Assembly: GCA_964634365.1 (NCBI GenBank)
Contig: CAZWJU010000001.1
Location: 167,028-231,027 of the forward strand
Length of the DNA stretch: 64,000 bases
Direction: 5' to 3'
Origin: an uncultured Candidatus Saccharibacteria bacterium
GTDB taxonomy: Bacteria; Patescibacteriota; Minisyncoccia; Phycocordibacterales; UBA9973
The position numbers and the translations under genes were made by a program. Below, one piece after another: positions 50,171-60,229 of the stretch. Each line of letters starts with the position of its first letter. Positions within the stretch are counted from its first letter, which is position 1. The notes under the pieces were generated by a model. It saw only the letters and a program-made list of their open reading frames with translations. It ran no database searches and was not told the origin of the DNA.

Positions 50171-50482
50171 TTAATTTATATCTTTTGGTCGAATCTCTCC
50201 TACTAAATATTCCTCTCTATCTAATGGTCCGTCGTCGCTAAGCTTGAAAGAGGTATTCAAATCTTCTGGTTGAACATTTTTCAAAAGTGACTTTGTTATC
50301 CCATCCTCTTCAAAAAATTCAAGCTCATAGCTTACACCAAGCTTTGAATTAAAATATTTTTTTACCAAATTTGTCCCGGCTTCGCCTGTTTTTATAACTC
50401 TCATCTTTGCCGGAGCTTCACTTGGATTACTTGTCGGTGCTGTTTTTTTATTGAAATTAAAATTGAAATTAAGTCCCATCAT
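50171..50482 (-). CDS. Hypothetical protein
   Basis: The 103-aa product has no recognisable domain. Confidence 0.4.
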   Translation of the reverse strand: MMGLNFNFNFNKKTAPTSNPSEAPAKMRVIKTGEAGTNLVKKYFNSKLGVSYELEFFEEDGITKSLLKNVQPEDLNTSFKLSDDGPLDREEYLVGEIRPKDIN

Positions 50483-50487
50483 ATATA

Positions 50488-51078
50488 TTAGTTTAACGTT
50501 TCTTCTAAAATAATTTTTCTGCTAAAGCCCCCTCTTTTCTCAAACTTTTCCAGTCTTCTAAAATCTATCTCTTGTTTTGAAAAACCTTTATAGGCAATAA
50601 TCGCATCCAAGACTTCTAATACATCTGCAACTTCATCTATATTCTTGTCTTTTGCTAGCTCAGAAGCTTCTTCTTGGAGTTTTGTAAAAAGTTTATCTTC
50701 ATACTCTAGATCATCTGCAATATGAGTCTTGAAATCAACTCCGTTACTAGCGAGATGCTCTGGTATCAGATCTCTGACTAACTTATTGTAAGAAACTTTA
50801 ACCATATCTCCTATTTGAACCGCTGACATCTCGGCTTGTTCATTGTGTGTACTTATCTCATGTTTTGGCAACAGTAGAGATATAAAATAAGACAAGATAA
50901 AAGAATTGATCGCCAAAAGAATTGTTTCAAATATATTTCTGATTGTAATACTGTCTATAAAATTCCCTATTGAACTACTTTCTCCTACATTATATGCAAC
51001 TAAAACAACAGTCCCCCCTAACAAGAAGACTACAAGCCAAGAAATCAAGTGTTTTTTTGTTGGATGCATGATATCCAT
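50488..51078 (-). CDS. Membrane-anchored MazG-like NTP pyrophosphohydrolase domain protein
   Basis: An N-terminal TM is followed by the all-alpha EExxE motif region EEASELAKD..EVADVLEVLDAI. Confidence 0.5.
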   Translation of the reverse strand: MDIMHPTKKHLISWLVVFLLGGTVVLVAYNVGESSSIGNFIDSITIRNIFETILLAINSFILSYFISLLLPKHEISTHNEQAEMSAVQIGDMVKVSYNKLVRDLIPEHLASNGVDFKTHIADDLEYEDKLFTKLQEEASELAKDKNIDEVADVLEVLDAIIAYKGFSKQEIDFRRLEKFEKRGGFSRKIILEETLN

Positions 51079-51139
51079 AGTTTATATAGAATAGTCTACC
51101 AAGAGCTATTTTATATAGCAACAAAAAAAGACTACTGTA

Positions 51140-51469
51140 TTATCTTGCAATAGTCTTAAATTCTTTATGCTTTTGTTTGAGAATTATGGTTGTAAACATC
51201 CTATAATACTCAGTCAGCATATAAATACACTCGTGCTCGTTCCCACCTGTTTCCTCGATTATCTCGTTCCAATAAAGAAAATAGTATGTCTCAAGTTTAA
51301 CGGGAAAAGTCGGGTTTCCCATTCCGCAAAAAATGTAGGAATATTCCTCATCCACATAACTCATACCATCTTCAGCCCACACTCTCTCAAAATGATAAAC
51401 CAATTCTCTGTTTTCAAAATAAAGATAATAAAGAACGTTGACGATATTGCACTTAATATCCTGTTCCAT
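51140..51469 (-). CDS. Hypothetical protein
   Basis: The 109-aa product is Tyr/Glu-rich and has no recognisable domain. Confidence 0.4.
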   Translation of the reverse strand: MEQDIKCNIVNVLYYLYFENRELVYHFERVWAEDGMSYVDEEYSYIFCGMGNPTFPVKLETYYFLYWNEIIEETGGNEHECIYMLTEYYRMFTTIILKQKHKEFKTIAR

Positions 51470-51499
51470 TTTATTTTTTTAATACTATATCAACAAATT

Positions 51500-51533
51500 T
51501 AAAAATACCCTAACTGAGGGTATTTTTAAATTT
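51500..51533. terminator. Bidirectional intrinsic terminator (gap)
   Basis: The hairpin aaaaataccctaactgagggtattttt forms the terminator. Confidence 0.7.
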
Positions 51534-51539
51534 GTTGAG

Positions 51540-52562
51540 TTATTTTATAGTCTCTCCTGTCTTGATCACATGATCAACGAGTGTATATGTATACCCCATC
51601 TCATTGTCATACCAGCCCATTACCTTCACTAGATTTCCATCAACAACCCTGGTCATCTCTAGGTCAGCGATAGACGCATGAGAGTTACCCAATATATCGC
51701 TTGATACTAGTGGTTCGTTTGTAACTGCAAATAAGTCACTCCAGTGTGGGTCGTTAGATGCATCTGTCAGGATTTGATTCACTTCTTCTTTTGTTGTGTT
51801 TCTTTTTGCAATAAATGTTATGTCTACTATAGATCCAGCTGGAACTGGGACACGAATCGATATACCATCGAACTTGTTTTCTAAAACTGGAAAAGCTTTT
51901 GTAACTGCAACCGCAGCGCCAGTAGATGAAGGGACTATATTTTGAGCAGCAGCTCTTCCCTCTCGCAAATCTTTTTTACTTGGACCATCAACTAGAGCCT
52001 GAGAAGCAGTATATCCATGAACTGTATTTAGTATAGCTTTTTCAATCCCGATTTTTTCATGAAGTATTGCAATCAGAGGAGAGGCTGCATTTGTTGTACA
52101 AGATGCGTTGGATGTTATCTCGCATGTTCCAAATTTATCTTCGTTTACCCCAAGCAATATTGTCTCACCCGGGAATGATCCATCTCCTTTTGAAGGAGCA
52201 GATATAACAACTTTTTTCGCACCACAATCTAGATGGAACTTAGCTTTTTCATATGCTGTAAAAAGTCCTGTAGATTCTACGACTACATCTATACCGAGTG
52301 GTCCCCATGGGAGTTTTGTAGTGTCTTTTTCGGAAATAAACTTGATACGCTTACCATCTATAACAAAATCTGCACCATCCACTTCTACTTTATGACCCCA
52401 AGACCTATAAACCGTATCGTGACGCAAGAGGTATGCAAGACTCTCGATTGAACCGAGGTCGTTTACTGCGACTATTTCAATATCTTCACGCTCCCAAGCA
52501 ATTTTCAAAAAAGCTCGACCGATGCGACCAAAACCATTTATAGCAACTCTTATTTTTTTCAT
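51540..52562 (-). CDS. gap: Glyceraldehyde-3-phosphate dehydrogenase
   Basis: The product has INGFGRIGR and the SCTTN active-site cysteine. Confidence 0.95.
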   Translation of the reverse strand: MKKIRVAINGFGRIGRAFLKIAWEREDIEIVAVNDLGSIESLAYLLRHDTVYRSWGHKVEVDGADFVIDGKRIKFISEKDTTKLPWGPLGIDVVVESTGLFTAYEKAKFHLDCGAKKVVISAPSKGDGSFPGETILLGVNEDKFGTCEITSNASCTTNAASPLIAILHEKIGIEKAILNTVHGYTASQALVDGPSKKDLREGRAAAQNIVPSSTGAAVAVTKAFPVLENKFDGISIRVPVPAGSIVDITFIAKRNTTKEEVNQILTDASNDPHWSDLFAVTNEPLVSSDILGNSHASIADLEMTRVVDGNLVKVMGWYDNEMGYTYTLVDHVIKTGETIK

Positions 52563-52651
52563 TTGTTTATTATAACACTAGATTATTTTGTTCAATAGTG
52601 CACGTATTTAAGTAATATTAAAACAAAAAGAGACCAAATAGTCTCTTTTTG

Positions 52652-53155
52652 TTATTTATCCTCGCTTTCTATTGCTCGCTTGATCTCTTTTATATCAGTT
52701 TTTTGTTTCATTTCTCTAAGCTCTTCGTCATCTTCAGGAGATAGACCCAAGTGGTCATGTATCTCGTCTAACATGTTTAATATTCTTGTGATTTCTGCTT
52801 CTGCGCGTAGATTAAGTTCAAAATCAACTTCCTCGCGCATATCAGCAATCTTTGAAGATCGGTTTTGGCTCATCAAAACTATCACTGACAAAAATATTGC
52901 CTCAAGAGATACAGTCATGGTGAGGAAAGTAAATGGGTACGGATCAAAAGGAACAAGCCCACGTATAAGACCAGTATTCCAAACAATCCATATTATAAAT
53001 ACAATAATATTTATAACCAAAAACCAAGTTGAACCAAAATTTTCAGTTAACATATCAGCAAAACGCCCCATCTTGGTTTTCTTGTCTTTTATGCGAGCGC
53101 GAAAACCTACAATAGTCTCCGTCTTTGAATTTATATTTTTATTTGGTTCGTACAT
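52652..53155 (-). CDS. DUF1003-like 2-TM membrane protein
   Basis: A 2-TM core is followed by a charged C-terminal helix typical of DUF1003. Confidence 0.5.
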   Translation of the reverse strand: MYEPNKNINSKTETIVGFRARIKDKKTKMGRFADMLTENFGSTWFLVINIIVFIIWIVWNTGLIRGLVPFDPYPFTFLTMTVSLEAIFLSVIVLMSQNRSSKIADMREEVDFELNLRAEAEITRILNMLDEIHDHLGLSPEDDEELREMKQKTDIKEIKRAIESEDK

Positions 53156-53157
53156 AT

Positions 53158-53646
53158 TTATTTGGCCTGATATGAAATAACTATATCATCTTTGTCTCTC
53201 AAAATAGTATCTTGAAAAGTATCAACCATCTCTCCATTTACAGATACGACAATCTCATGAGTATCGTCTGTTTGAAAAGATAGGATATGTTGACTATCGA
53301 AAGGTTTGTCCCAAACTGCAAAGAAATCTCCTAAAGTAAAATCTTTCTCTATTGGCGACTCAACATGGATCACACCTCCACCCTCATGAGTGTGTATAGA
53401 ATTCATACACGTAACCTTTACTCCTATGTTTGGCGGAATATTTTGTTTCTCTCCGTTTATGATTATGGTTAGGTTTGGATGAATATGAAATTGTGTAGCC
53501 ATGTCTGTAGTACATAGAAGCGCAACTTCCCTACTGGTAAGAGGATCTTCAATACTTTTTTGCTCATCTATCTTGAAAAAACCAGTCAAAGCCAGTAACG
53601 CTAGTGCGATTATAATAACTAAAACAAAAATACTTTTTTTACTCAT
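53158..53646 (-). CDS. Secreted/anchored protein of unknown function
   Basis: The product has a signal anchor and an HTHEGGGVIHVE motif. Confidence 0.45.
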   Translation of the reverse strand: MSKKSIFVLVIIIALALLALTGFFKIDEQKSIEDPLTSREVALLCTTDMATQFHIHPNLTIIINGEKQNIPPNIGVKVTCMNSIHTHEGGGVIHVESPIEKDFTLGDFFAVWDKPFDSQHILSFQTDDTHEIVVSVNGEMVDTFQDTILRDKDDIVISYQAK

Positions 53647-53652
53647 ATTTTT

Positions 53653-54267
53653 CTACAAAAAATTTATTATGATCATAGCTATAGACATCGCTACCATGAT
53701 TAGATTTTCTACTACTGTTACATATGAAAGTGGTAAAGAGAATTTTGTACCTGCACAAGCGCATTCAATATTTGCACCACTCTTCAATACTTTGATTATA
53801 CCTAAAGTCTGAATACCAAGCATCGGAATCGTAAGCAAGGAAACAATCGTAGAAGCACTGTGAAAATGGAGCAGTAAGCCAAAGAAGAAAAATACAAAAG
53901 GATACAATCCCGCATACCAAGAAAACTTTTGTGCTATTGGATCATATTTCTTTAGAGTCTCGCTTGTAGAAGATAGTGAGTTAAGCTGCAAAGCTCCGAA
54001 AAAAATAAAGAATCCAGCCATAAAATCGTTTAGTATGTTGTCGAGTCCGTAGTTTGAAATAAAATAATATCTACCGAACATATACAAAAATATCAAACCC
54101 GCTAATACAAAAAGTATTCTGTAGGTTTTTAGAGCGGAAACAATCTGTGACTGATTTATCTTTTTTGATCCACTTGGAGCATGATGTTTGCAGTAGTTGT
54201 GCACCAAACCATCTTTATCTACAAACAAATGTGTTGCATCCATTGAGCAAAGTTCGCATTTAATCAT
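53653..54267 (-). CDS. Membrane protein with N-terminal CxxC and C-terminal CxC motifs
   Basis: The product has CELC..C..H at the N-terminus, 4 to 5 TM helices, and a CACAG tail. Confidence 0.45.
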   Translation of the reverse strand: MIKCELCSMDATHLFVDKDGLVHNYCKHHAPSGSKKINQSQIVSALKTYRILFVLAGLIFLYMFGRYYFISNYGLDNILNDFMAGFFIFFGALQLNSLSSTSETLKKYDPIAQKFSWYAGLYPFVFFFFGLLLHFHSASTIVSLLTIPMLGIQTLGIIKVLKSGANIECACAGTKFSLPLSYVTVVENLIMVAMSIAMIIINFL

Positions 54268-54276
54268 ATGTAGTAT

Positions 54277-55710
54277 TTATTGTAGCACCTCTTTTAATAT
54301 TTTCTGCACGAGCGCAGGGTTCGCAGAGCCTTTTGTTTCTTTCATGACATTACCGACAAGCGACATAATTGCATTTTCTTTACCTCCTTTGTATGTGGCT
54401 ACAATCTCTGGATTTGCATCTATAACTTTCTGTACGATTTCTTTTAATTGTCCTTCGTTACTGATTTGAGTAAAACCATATTTTTGAGAAATACTAACTG
54501 GATCACCGCCTTCGATAACCATAATACGCAACGTATCTTTAGTTCCTCTAGATGTTAGTTTCTGATCTGTATACATTGATATTAAGTCGGCGAAATATTT
54601 TGGATTCGGTAATTTTATTTCATTATTCTCCTTCCTAATCCCAACAAGATCAGAGGTTATATAATTTGAAGCTACGGTAATTTTTTCTTTATGAATCAAC
54701 TCCTTTGCAACCTCCTCAAACCAAGCACCAAGCTCTGTATCGTTTATATAACTTTCTATATCTTCATCTTTAATTCCAAAATCATTTTTATAACGCTCTC
54801 TTTTCTGTGTTGGCAATTCTGGAAGATCAGATTTTATTTTTTCAATATCAAAAAGCTTGCTGAGGTAAAGTTTCGGGATGTCTGGATCTGGAAAATATCT
54901 GTAGTCTTGTGCATTTTCTTTGCTACGCTGTGAAAAAGTAGACTGTTTCGCTTCATTCCAGCCACGAGTTTCTTGTACTATCTCACTTCCCTTGCCAGCT
55001 TCGATAAGTTTTATCATGCGCTCTGTTTCAAAAAGTATCGCGCGCTCGGCACTACGAAATGAATTCAAATTTTTCACCTCTACTTTTGTCCCATATACAC
55101 TCTTGTCGTCTGAGACAGACATATTCACTTCTACGCGCATTTCACCTTTGTCCATATTTGCTTCTGATACTCCAAGGTATAGGAGCACGAGCTGTAACTC
55201 ACGAGCAAATCTCCCAGCTGCTTTGGAAGCCAATTCTGCAGAATCAAATGTATGAGGTTCAGTAACAAGCTCCATAAGTGGCACTCCTGCGCGATTGAAA
55301 TCTACAAGTGAGAAATCTCCTCTATCGTGTTTTGAGTTAGCAGTATCTTCTTCGAGGTGTACACGCGTAATATCAAAATCCGCCAAGTGCCCACCAGAGA
55401 CTATTGGATATTTATACTGACTGATCTGGTAACCTTTTGGTATATCTGGATAAAAATAATTCTTGCGATCAAATTCGGTAAAATCAGCGATATTGCCATT
55501 TATAGCGAGACCGACTTTGATCACGTTCTCGATAGCCTTTTTGTTTGGCACAGGCAAAGTACCCGGATGCGCCATACACACAGGACAGATGTTTGTATTT
55601 GGCTTTTTCTCATTTGGATCATTTTTGCAAGCACAAAACATCTTACTAGATGTAGCGAGCTCTGCGTGTATCTCAAGTCCAATTGTTGTATAAAAAGTCT
55701 TTTCCACCAA
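54277..55710 (-). CDS. gatB: Asp/Glu-tRNA(Asn/Gln) amidotransferase subunit B
   Basis: The product has ICPVCMAHPGTLPV and a YqeY-like tail. Confidence 0.9.
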   Translation of the reverse strand: MVEKTFYTTIGLEIHAELATSSKMFCACKNDPNEKKPNTNICPVCMAHPGTLPVPNKKAIENVIKVGLAINGNIADFTEFDRKNYFYPDIPKGYQISQYKYPIVSGGHLADFDITRVHLEEDTANSKHDRGDFSLVDFNRAGVPLMELVTEPHTFDSAELASKAAGRFARELQLVLLYLGVSEANMDKGEMRVEVNMSVSDDKSVYGTKVEVKNLNSFRSAERAILFETERMIKLIEAGKGSEIVQETRGWNEAKQSTFSQRSKENAQDYRYFPDPDIPKLYLSKLFDIEKIKSDLPELPTQKRERYKNDFGIKDEDIESYINDTELGAWFEEVAKELIHKEKITVASNYITSDLVGIRKENNEIKLPNPKYFADLISMYTDQKLTSRGTKDTLRIMVIEGGDPVSISQKYGFTQISNEGQLKEIVQKVIDANPEIVATYKGGKENAIMSLVGNVMKETKGSANPALVQKILKEVLQ

Positions 55711-55790
55711 AAAAGTATAACAAAAATAATCTATTTTTATTAATTGACACAGTGTGACAAAAGTAGTACTTTGAAGACAAATGCACTTTA

Positions 55791-56735
55791 ATGAAAATCA
55801 AAAATAACCCAATCTACTCTGGTATATACGGAGAGATGGTCGGAAGACCATTTGAATTTGCATATTTTTACGTTACGAACAAAATAAATCCAAAAAACGA
55901 TAGTGATATCGATCCTGAAAAATATGCATTACTGCTTCCTATCTTGCGTACAGGAATGTATGAAAGAATTCATGCAGCTATAGGAAAATATTTCCCCACA
56001 AAAATAAAATTCTTGGAGGAATTTGTATACGGTGGAAAAACCCTAGTATATACAGATGATACTGTGATGACAGTTGCTACTATGGAGGCACTGCTTTTAG
56101 ACAAAGAAAATCCTGACTTCCAAAAAGCATACCTGAAGTGGGTAAAAAATTATCCAGATGCTGGTTATGGCGGAATGTTCCGCAAATGGATTAGGAGCAA
56201 AGATCAAAAGCCATACGGCAGTTTAGGAAACGGTGGTGCAATGAGAGTTTCTCCTGTTGCTTTCGTATCAGACGATATACTCGAGGTCGAGCGACTTGCA
56301 GAACTATCTGCAATAGTGACCCACGATCATCCCGAAGGGATTGACGGCGCCATAGCTGTAGCCGGATCAGTTTTCCTGGCAAAAAGACAGTTTGGGAAAA
56401 AATATATACATAAATATGTATCTGGATTTCCAAACTACAACATGCAAAGAAGGCTCGTGGATATTCGAAAAGATTATAATTTCTATTCTGAAGCACTGAA
56501 AAGTGTACCGGAATCAATAATCTGTTTCTATGAAGCAAGATCTTCAGAAGAAGCTATCCAAAATGCTCTCTCACTTGCAGGTGACACAGACACTATGGCG
56601 ATGATCGCAGGGGTAATAGCAGGATCATATTACAGAGACACCGCTGATTACATGGTTAACTATGTAAGAATGCAATTACCTGAAGAGATGAAAACAGTTA
56701 TCGATGCATTCGAAAATAAATTCATGAATGCATAA
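55791..56735 (+). CDS. ADP-ribosylglycohydrolase family protein (DraG-like)
   Basis: The product has the SLAGDTDTMAMIAG motif. Confidence 0.8.
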   Translation: MKIKNNPIYSGIYGEMVGRPFEFAYFYVTNKINPKNDSDIDPEKYALLLPILRTGMYERIHAAIGKYFPTKIKFLEEFVYGGKTLVYTDDTVMTVATMEALLLDKENPDFQKAYLKWVKNYPDAGYGGMFRKWIRSKDQKPYGSLGNGGAMRVSPVAFVSDDILEVERLAELSAIVTHDHPEGIDGAIAVAGSVFLAKRQFGKKYIHKYVSGFPNYNMQRRLVDIRKDYNFYSEALKSVPESIICFYEARSSEEAIQNALSLAGDTDTMAMIAGVIAGSYYRDTADYMVNYVRMQLPEEMKTVIDAFENKFMNA

Positions 56736-56770
56736 AAAAATCTGCCTATTTAGGCAGATTTATTTTTTAA
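56735..56770. terminator. Bidirectional intrinsic terminator
   Basis: The hairpin aaaaaaatctgcctatttaggcagatttatttttt forms the terminator. Confidence 0.7.
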
Positions 56771-57730
56771 TAGAGCAACAAGTTCATCGGATATTTTCTT
56801 TACAGATTTTTCGTCAAAAAGTGATACGGTAAATACTTTTTTCTTTAGCTTTGTAAATTCTTTGACCTTTGCTGCAAGCTCTTTCTCGTCAATCGCATCT
56901 GTCTTGGTGAGAATTATTATTTCATCTTTTTCACTCAAGCCTTCACCATAAGCTTCTAGTTCGCCGCGAACTTGTTTATAAGCTTTCATCATATTCATCC
57001 CATTTTCACAAGACACAAGATGAGCAAGTACCTTTGTTCTCTTTATATGTCTCAAGAATTTTATTCCTACACCCTTGCCTTCATGCGCACCTTCGATTAG
57101 TCCAGGGATATCAGCTATTATGTATCCATATAGATCGCCTAAGTTTGGATCAAGAGTAGTAAAGGCATAGTCACCTACTTTTGCTTTTGCATTTGTAATC
57201 GCATTTAAAAGACTGGACTTACCAGCATTTGGCAAACCCACAAACCCCATATCTGCAAGGATCTCTACAACAACTTTGAACTTCGCTTTTTCTCCGGTTT
57301 TACCTGGTGTAGCTTTTTCAGGAGTTGTGTTACGTGAACTTTTAAACTGTTCGTTCCCTCTTCCACCTGGGCCACCTTTCAAAATTTTCTCTATCTGCCC
57401 CTCTTCGCTAAGCTCTATTTCTAAGCCAGTATCCAAGTTTGTAATCTTGGTTCCTACTGGTAAATCAAAAGTAAAATCTCTTCCGCGTGCACCATGTTTT
57501 TTACCACCCATTCCAGCTTCACCTGGAAAAGCTTTGTAAGTCTTGTCTGCTACGTACTTTGAAAGCGCATCAAGGTCACGTATCGCGCGCACATATACAT
57601 CTCCTCCAGCTCCACCGTCACCACCAGATGGACCACCTTTTGGGATAAATTTTTCTCGACGCCAGCGAACAACCCCGTTTCCTCCACGGCCTGCTTCTGC
57701 GGTCAAAATCATCTCATCTATAAATCTCAT
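56750..57730 (-). CDS. obg: GTPase Obg
   Basis: A Gly-rich Obg fold begins MRFIDE, and the G domain has GLPNAGKSS. Confidence 0.9.
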   Translation of the reverse strand: MRFIDEMILTAEAGRGGNGVVRWRREKFIPKGGPSGGDGGAGGDVYVRAIRDLDALSKYVADKTYKAFPGEAGMGGKKHGARGRDFTFDLPVGTKITNLDTGLEIELSEEGQIEKILKGGPGGRGNEQFKSSRNTTPEKATPGKTGEKAKFKVVVEILADMGFVGLPNAGKSSLLNAITNAKAKVGDYAFTTLDPNLGDLYGYIIADIPGLIEGAHEGKGVGIKFLRHIKRTKVLAHLVSCENGMNMMKAYKQVRGELEAYGEGLSEKDEIIILTKTDAIDEKELAAKVKEFTKLKKKVFTVSLFDEKSVKKISDELVALLKNKSA

Positions 57731-57738
57731 TTTTTATA

Positions 57739-58080
57739 TTAGTTAAATTCTTTACCTTCTAATTTGGCAATAAGTTTTAATATTTCTTCTTTGTTGAGTA
57801 TTGAAATATTGTAGATATATCTTCCTCTCTCGTCTGGAAAACTAGATCTGTGATATGAAGCAAACCCTGCTCCATACTCACTATTTATCATATTGACTGC
57901 ACCCTTTATACTAGATTCATAGTATCCTCGCAAGTTATGCTTGCTTTCTATCTCACCTCTAATATTTTCAATATTTTCTAGAGCTTTCTTGAGTTTATCC
58001 AACTCTGAAATCTCCTTCTCTACCTTAGGAACACTTTGTTTATTTATATAATCCGGCTGATTAAAAATATCTAGTTGCAT
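57739..58080 (-). CDS. Hypothetical protein
   Basis: The 113-aa product has no recognisable domain. Confidence 0.4.
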   Translation of the reverse strand: MQLDIFNQPDYINKQSVPKVEKEISELDKLKKALENIENIRGEIESKHNLRGYYESSIKGAVNMINSEYGAGFASYHRSSFPDERGRYIYNISILNKEEILKLIAKLEGKEFN

Positions 58081-58081
58081 A

Positions 58082-58981
58082 TTATTTTTGATCTAAAGCA
58101 AGTTTAGCGAGGGCTACGGCTCCTTCACGTGTTTTTGTAACACAAAAAAATCTCTTATTATGACAAAAAACTGAACCCGTAACTCCAGTAATTTTTTCTA
58201 AATCTTCATCTACCAATCCTGCCCAGGTTTTTGGAAAATACATTCTGCTTTCAAATTGCCTAAACACAATCGGCACCATCTCGGCTCCCCATGTATTGTC
58301 TTGTCTTGGATAAACAACAATCATTGAATCTTTGTATTCATTTAAAACCTTTTTCCATGGAAGATACTGTGGCAACTCAATAATTCTTTTATCAGAAGTG
58401 TTTTTATATATATTTCGCACAATATCTTGTGCCTCAATCAGATCTTTTGTTTTTTTTATCATTCGACCAAGTACAACTTGTGCATACGAAACCAATTTAA
58501 CAAATTCAATATCTATATCTATTACCTCTTTCCAACTTGGTAAAAAAAGTGAATATAGGTTATGCAAATCAAAAGGCAATGCGTCTTCTCGAGTTGCTTT
58601 ATAAAGCTCAACTCCATTGTCTGGGGCATCGACTGCCTGCACAAGTTGAGAATCTATCTCCTCCGCAACCTCCTTGCTACCACAAAGTTTTTCTCCATAT
58701 TTTTTCCAAACCAATCCAAAAGATGCATAAGGAATTCCGTTTTCTCGGACCCCTGCTCCGCCTAACTGATGATGATCAAAACGCTCTCTTTCTTCGTCGT
58801 GTTCACCCCCAACATCCACAACAAAATCTGCTTTTTTTATTATTTCTTCATCTCGTGTACGAACTATTTTTATATTTTCATCTGGAAAACTCGCAAGTAT
58901 TGTCGCGCAAGCAAAAATATCATCGGCATGAAAACTTCCATTGTGAGCAACAAGTATCTTCTCCATATTAATCTCTATCAC
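58082..58981 (-). CDS. MYG1/UPF0160-family metal-dependent hydrolase
   Basis: The product has the HNGSFHADD motif. Confidence 0.8.
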   Translation of the reverse strand: MIEINMEKILVAHNGSFHADDIFACATILASFPDENIKIVRTRDEEIIKKADFVVDVGGEHDEERERFDHHQLGGAGVRENGIPYASFGLVWKKYGEKLCGSKEVAEEIDSQLVQAVDAPDNGVELYKATREDALPFDLHNLYSLFLPSWKEVIDIDIEFVKLVSYAQVVLGRMIKKTKDLIEAQDIVRNIYKNTSDKRIIELPQYLPWKKVLNEYKDSMIVVYPRQDNTWGAEMVPIVFRQFESRMYFPKTWAGLVDEDLEKITGVTGSVFCHNKRFFCVTKTREGAVALAKLALDQK

Positions 58982-59312
58982 CTAAAACTTTATCGCCAAT
59001 CCAGCTAAGTATAGACACTATGAGTGCACCAATCACCGCTGCTGTAAAATTATCTATACTAAATCCATCTATAAGCGTTGCCACGAACCAGAAAAACAAA
59101 CCGTTCAAGATTATAGAAAAAAGTCCGAGTGTGAGGATGTTTATCGGCAAAGTAAGTATCTTTACAACAGGTTTTACAATTAGATTTATAAAACCGAGCA
59201 CAGCACCGACTATAACTGCAGTAAGCAGTGTATCTACATGTATTCCATCTACAACATAAGGTACGGCCAAAACCGCAAGTGTGATTATGAGCCAATGAGC
59301 TAAAATTTTCAT
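58968..59312 (-). CDS. 4-TM membrane protein (phage-holin-4/YvlD-like family)
   Basis: The 114-aa product has four TM helices. Confidence 0.5.
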   Translation of the reverse strand: MKILAHWLIITLAVLAVPYVVDGIHVDTLLTAVIVGAVLGFINLIVKPVVKILTLPINILTLGLFSIILNGLFFWFVATLIDGFSIDNFTAAVIGALIVSILSWIGDKVLGDRD

Positions 59313-59337
59313 AAATATAGTTTTGAGCTACGAGCTA

Positions 59338-59706
59338 TTAGCTAGAAGCTTTCTTATCTAATAATTTTTTCATCATAGTCGATAACATTTTTTGTACTTC
59401 AGTTATTTTTAAATCTGCTAATTCATAATCCTTGTTAGGATATAAATCTCTGGCAATAATAATTTGTGTCTCGAGCTCTGCCACAGAACCTTGAGCAACT
59501 CTTAGAAAATGGGAAAAGTCTTTTCTTGTTGATCGTTGTCTACCTTCTGCAATGTTTGATGGAATACTTATCGCAGAGCGTCGCATTTGGGAAGTTAAGG
59601 AATATATTTCTGATTTAGGAAATTCTTCAGTTATCTTGTAAATAATCTTAACAAGTTCTATTGATCTTTGCCATACTATTAAATCTTTGTACGAATGTAT
59701 TTCCAT
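59338..59706 (-). CDS. Four-helix-bundle protein of the '23S rRNA intervening sequence protein' family
   Basis: The product has the motif WQRSIEL...IAEG typical of this family. Confidence 0.65.
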   Translation of the reverse strand: MEIHSYKDLIVWQRSIELVKIIYKITEEFPKSEIYSLTSQMRRSAISIPSNIAEGRQRSTRKDFSHFLRVAQGSVAELETQIIIARDLYPNKDYELADLKITEVQKMLSTMMKKLLDKKASS

Positions 59707-59737
59707 AAGCTCAAAGCTTGCACCTTATAGCTACCAG

Positions 59738-60193
59738 CTAAAATAATGAATCTACGACACTCTTTACATCTCCTCCGTCTGCTTTGCCTTTTAGGTCTTT
59801 CATAAGCTCTGCCATCAATTTACCTTTATCTTTTGGATCAGAGATACCGAGAGAATCTTTTTTATCACGAGCTATCTTTTCTACTTCAGATTTGTCCATC
59901 ATTTTTGGTAAATATACTTCTAGCACAGCTAGTTGTGCAGATTCTTCCAAAACCAAATCATCTCTACCTCCATTTTTAAATTGTTCTATTGAATCTTTGC
60001 GTTGCTTTGCAAGACGAGTTATAACAGCGAGCATCTCTTCATCGGTCAGCAAATCTTGCGGAGTGCGACCTTTAGACACAAGCTCGTTTGTCGCAGCTGA
60101 ACTAATACCACGCAAAACGTCTAGTCTCACCTGATCTTTAGCGAGCATCGCTTCTTTTATACTATCTTTTATTTGTTGTTGAAGATTTGACAT
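59738..60193 (-). CDS. GatB/YqeY-domain protein
   Basis: Its sequence is YqeY-like; the start was set at MSNLQQ. Confidence 0.7.
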   Translation of the reverse strand: MSNLQQQIKDSIKEAMLAKDQVRLDVLRGISSAATNELVSKGRTPQDLLTDEEMLAVITRLAKQRKDSIEQFKNGGRDDLVLEESAQLAVLEVYLPKMMDKSEVEKIARDKKDSLGISDPKDKGKLMAELMKDLKGKADGGDVKSVVDSLF

Positions 60194-60229
60194 ACAAATA
60201 TAATACCAAATCATGCTAGAATCTACTAT

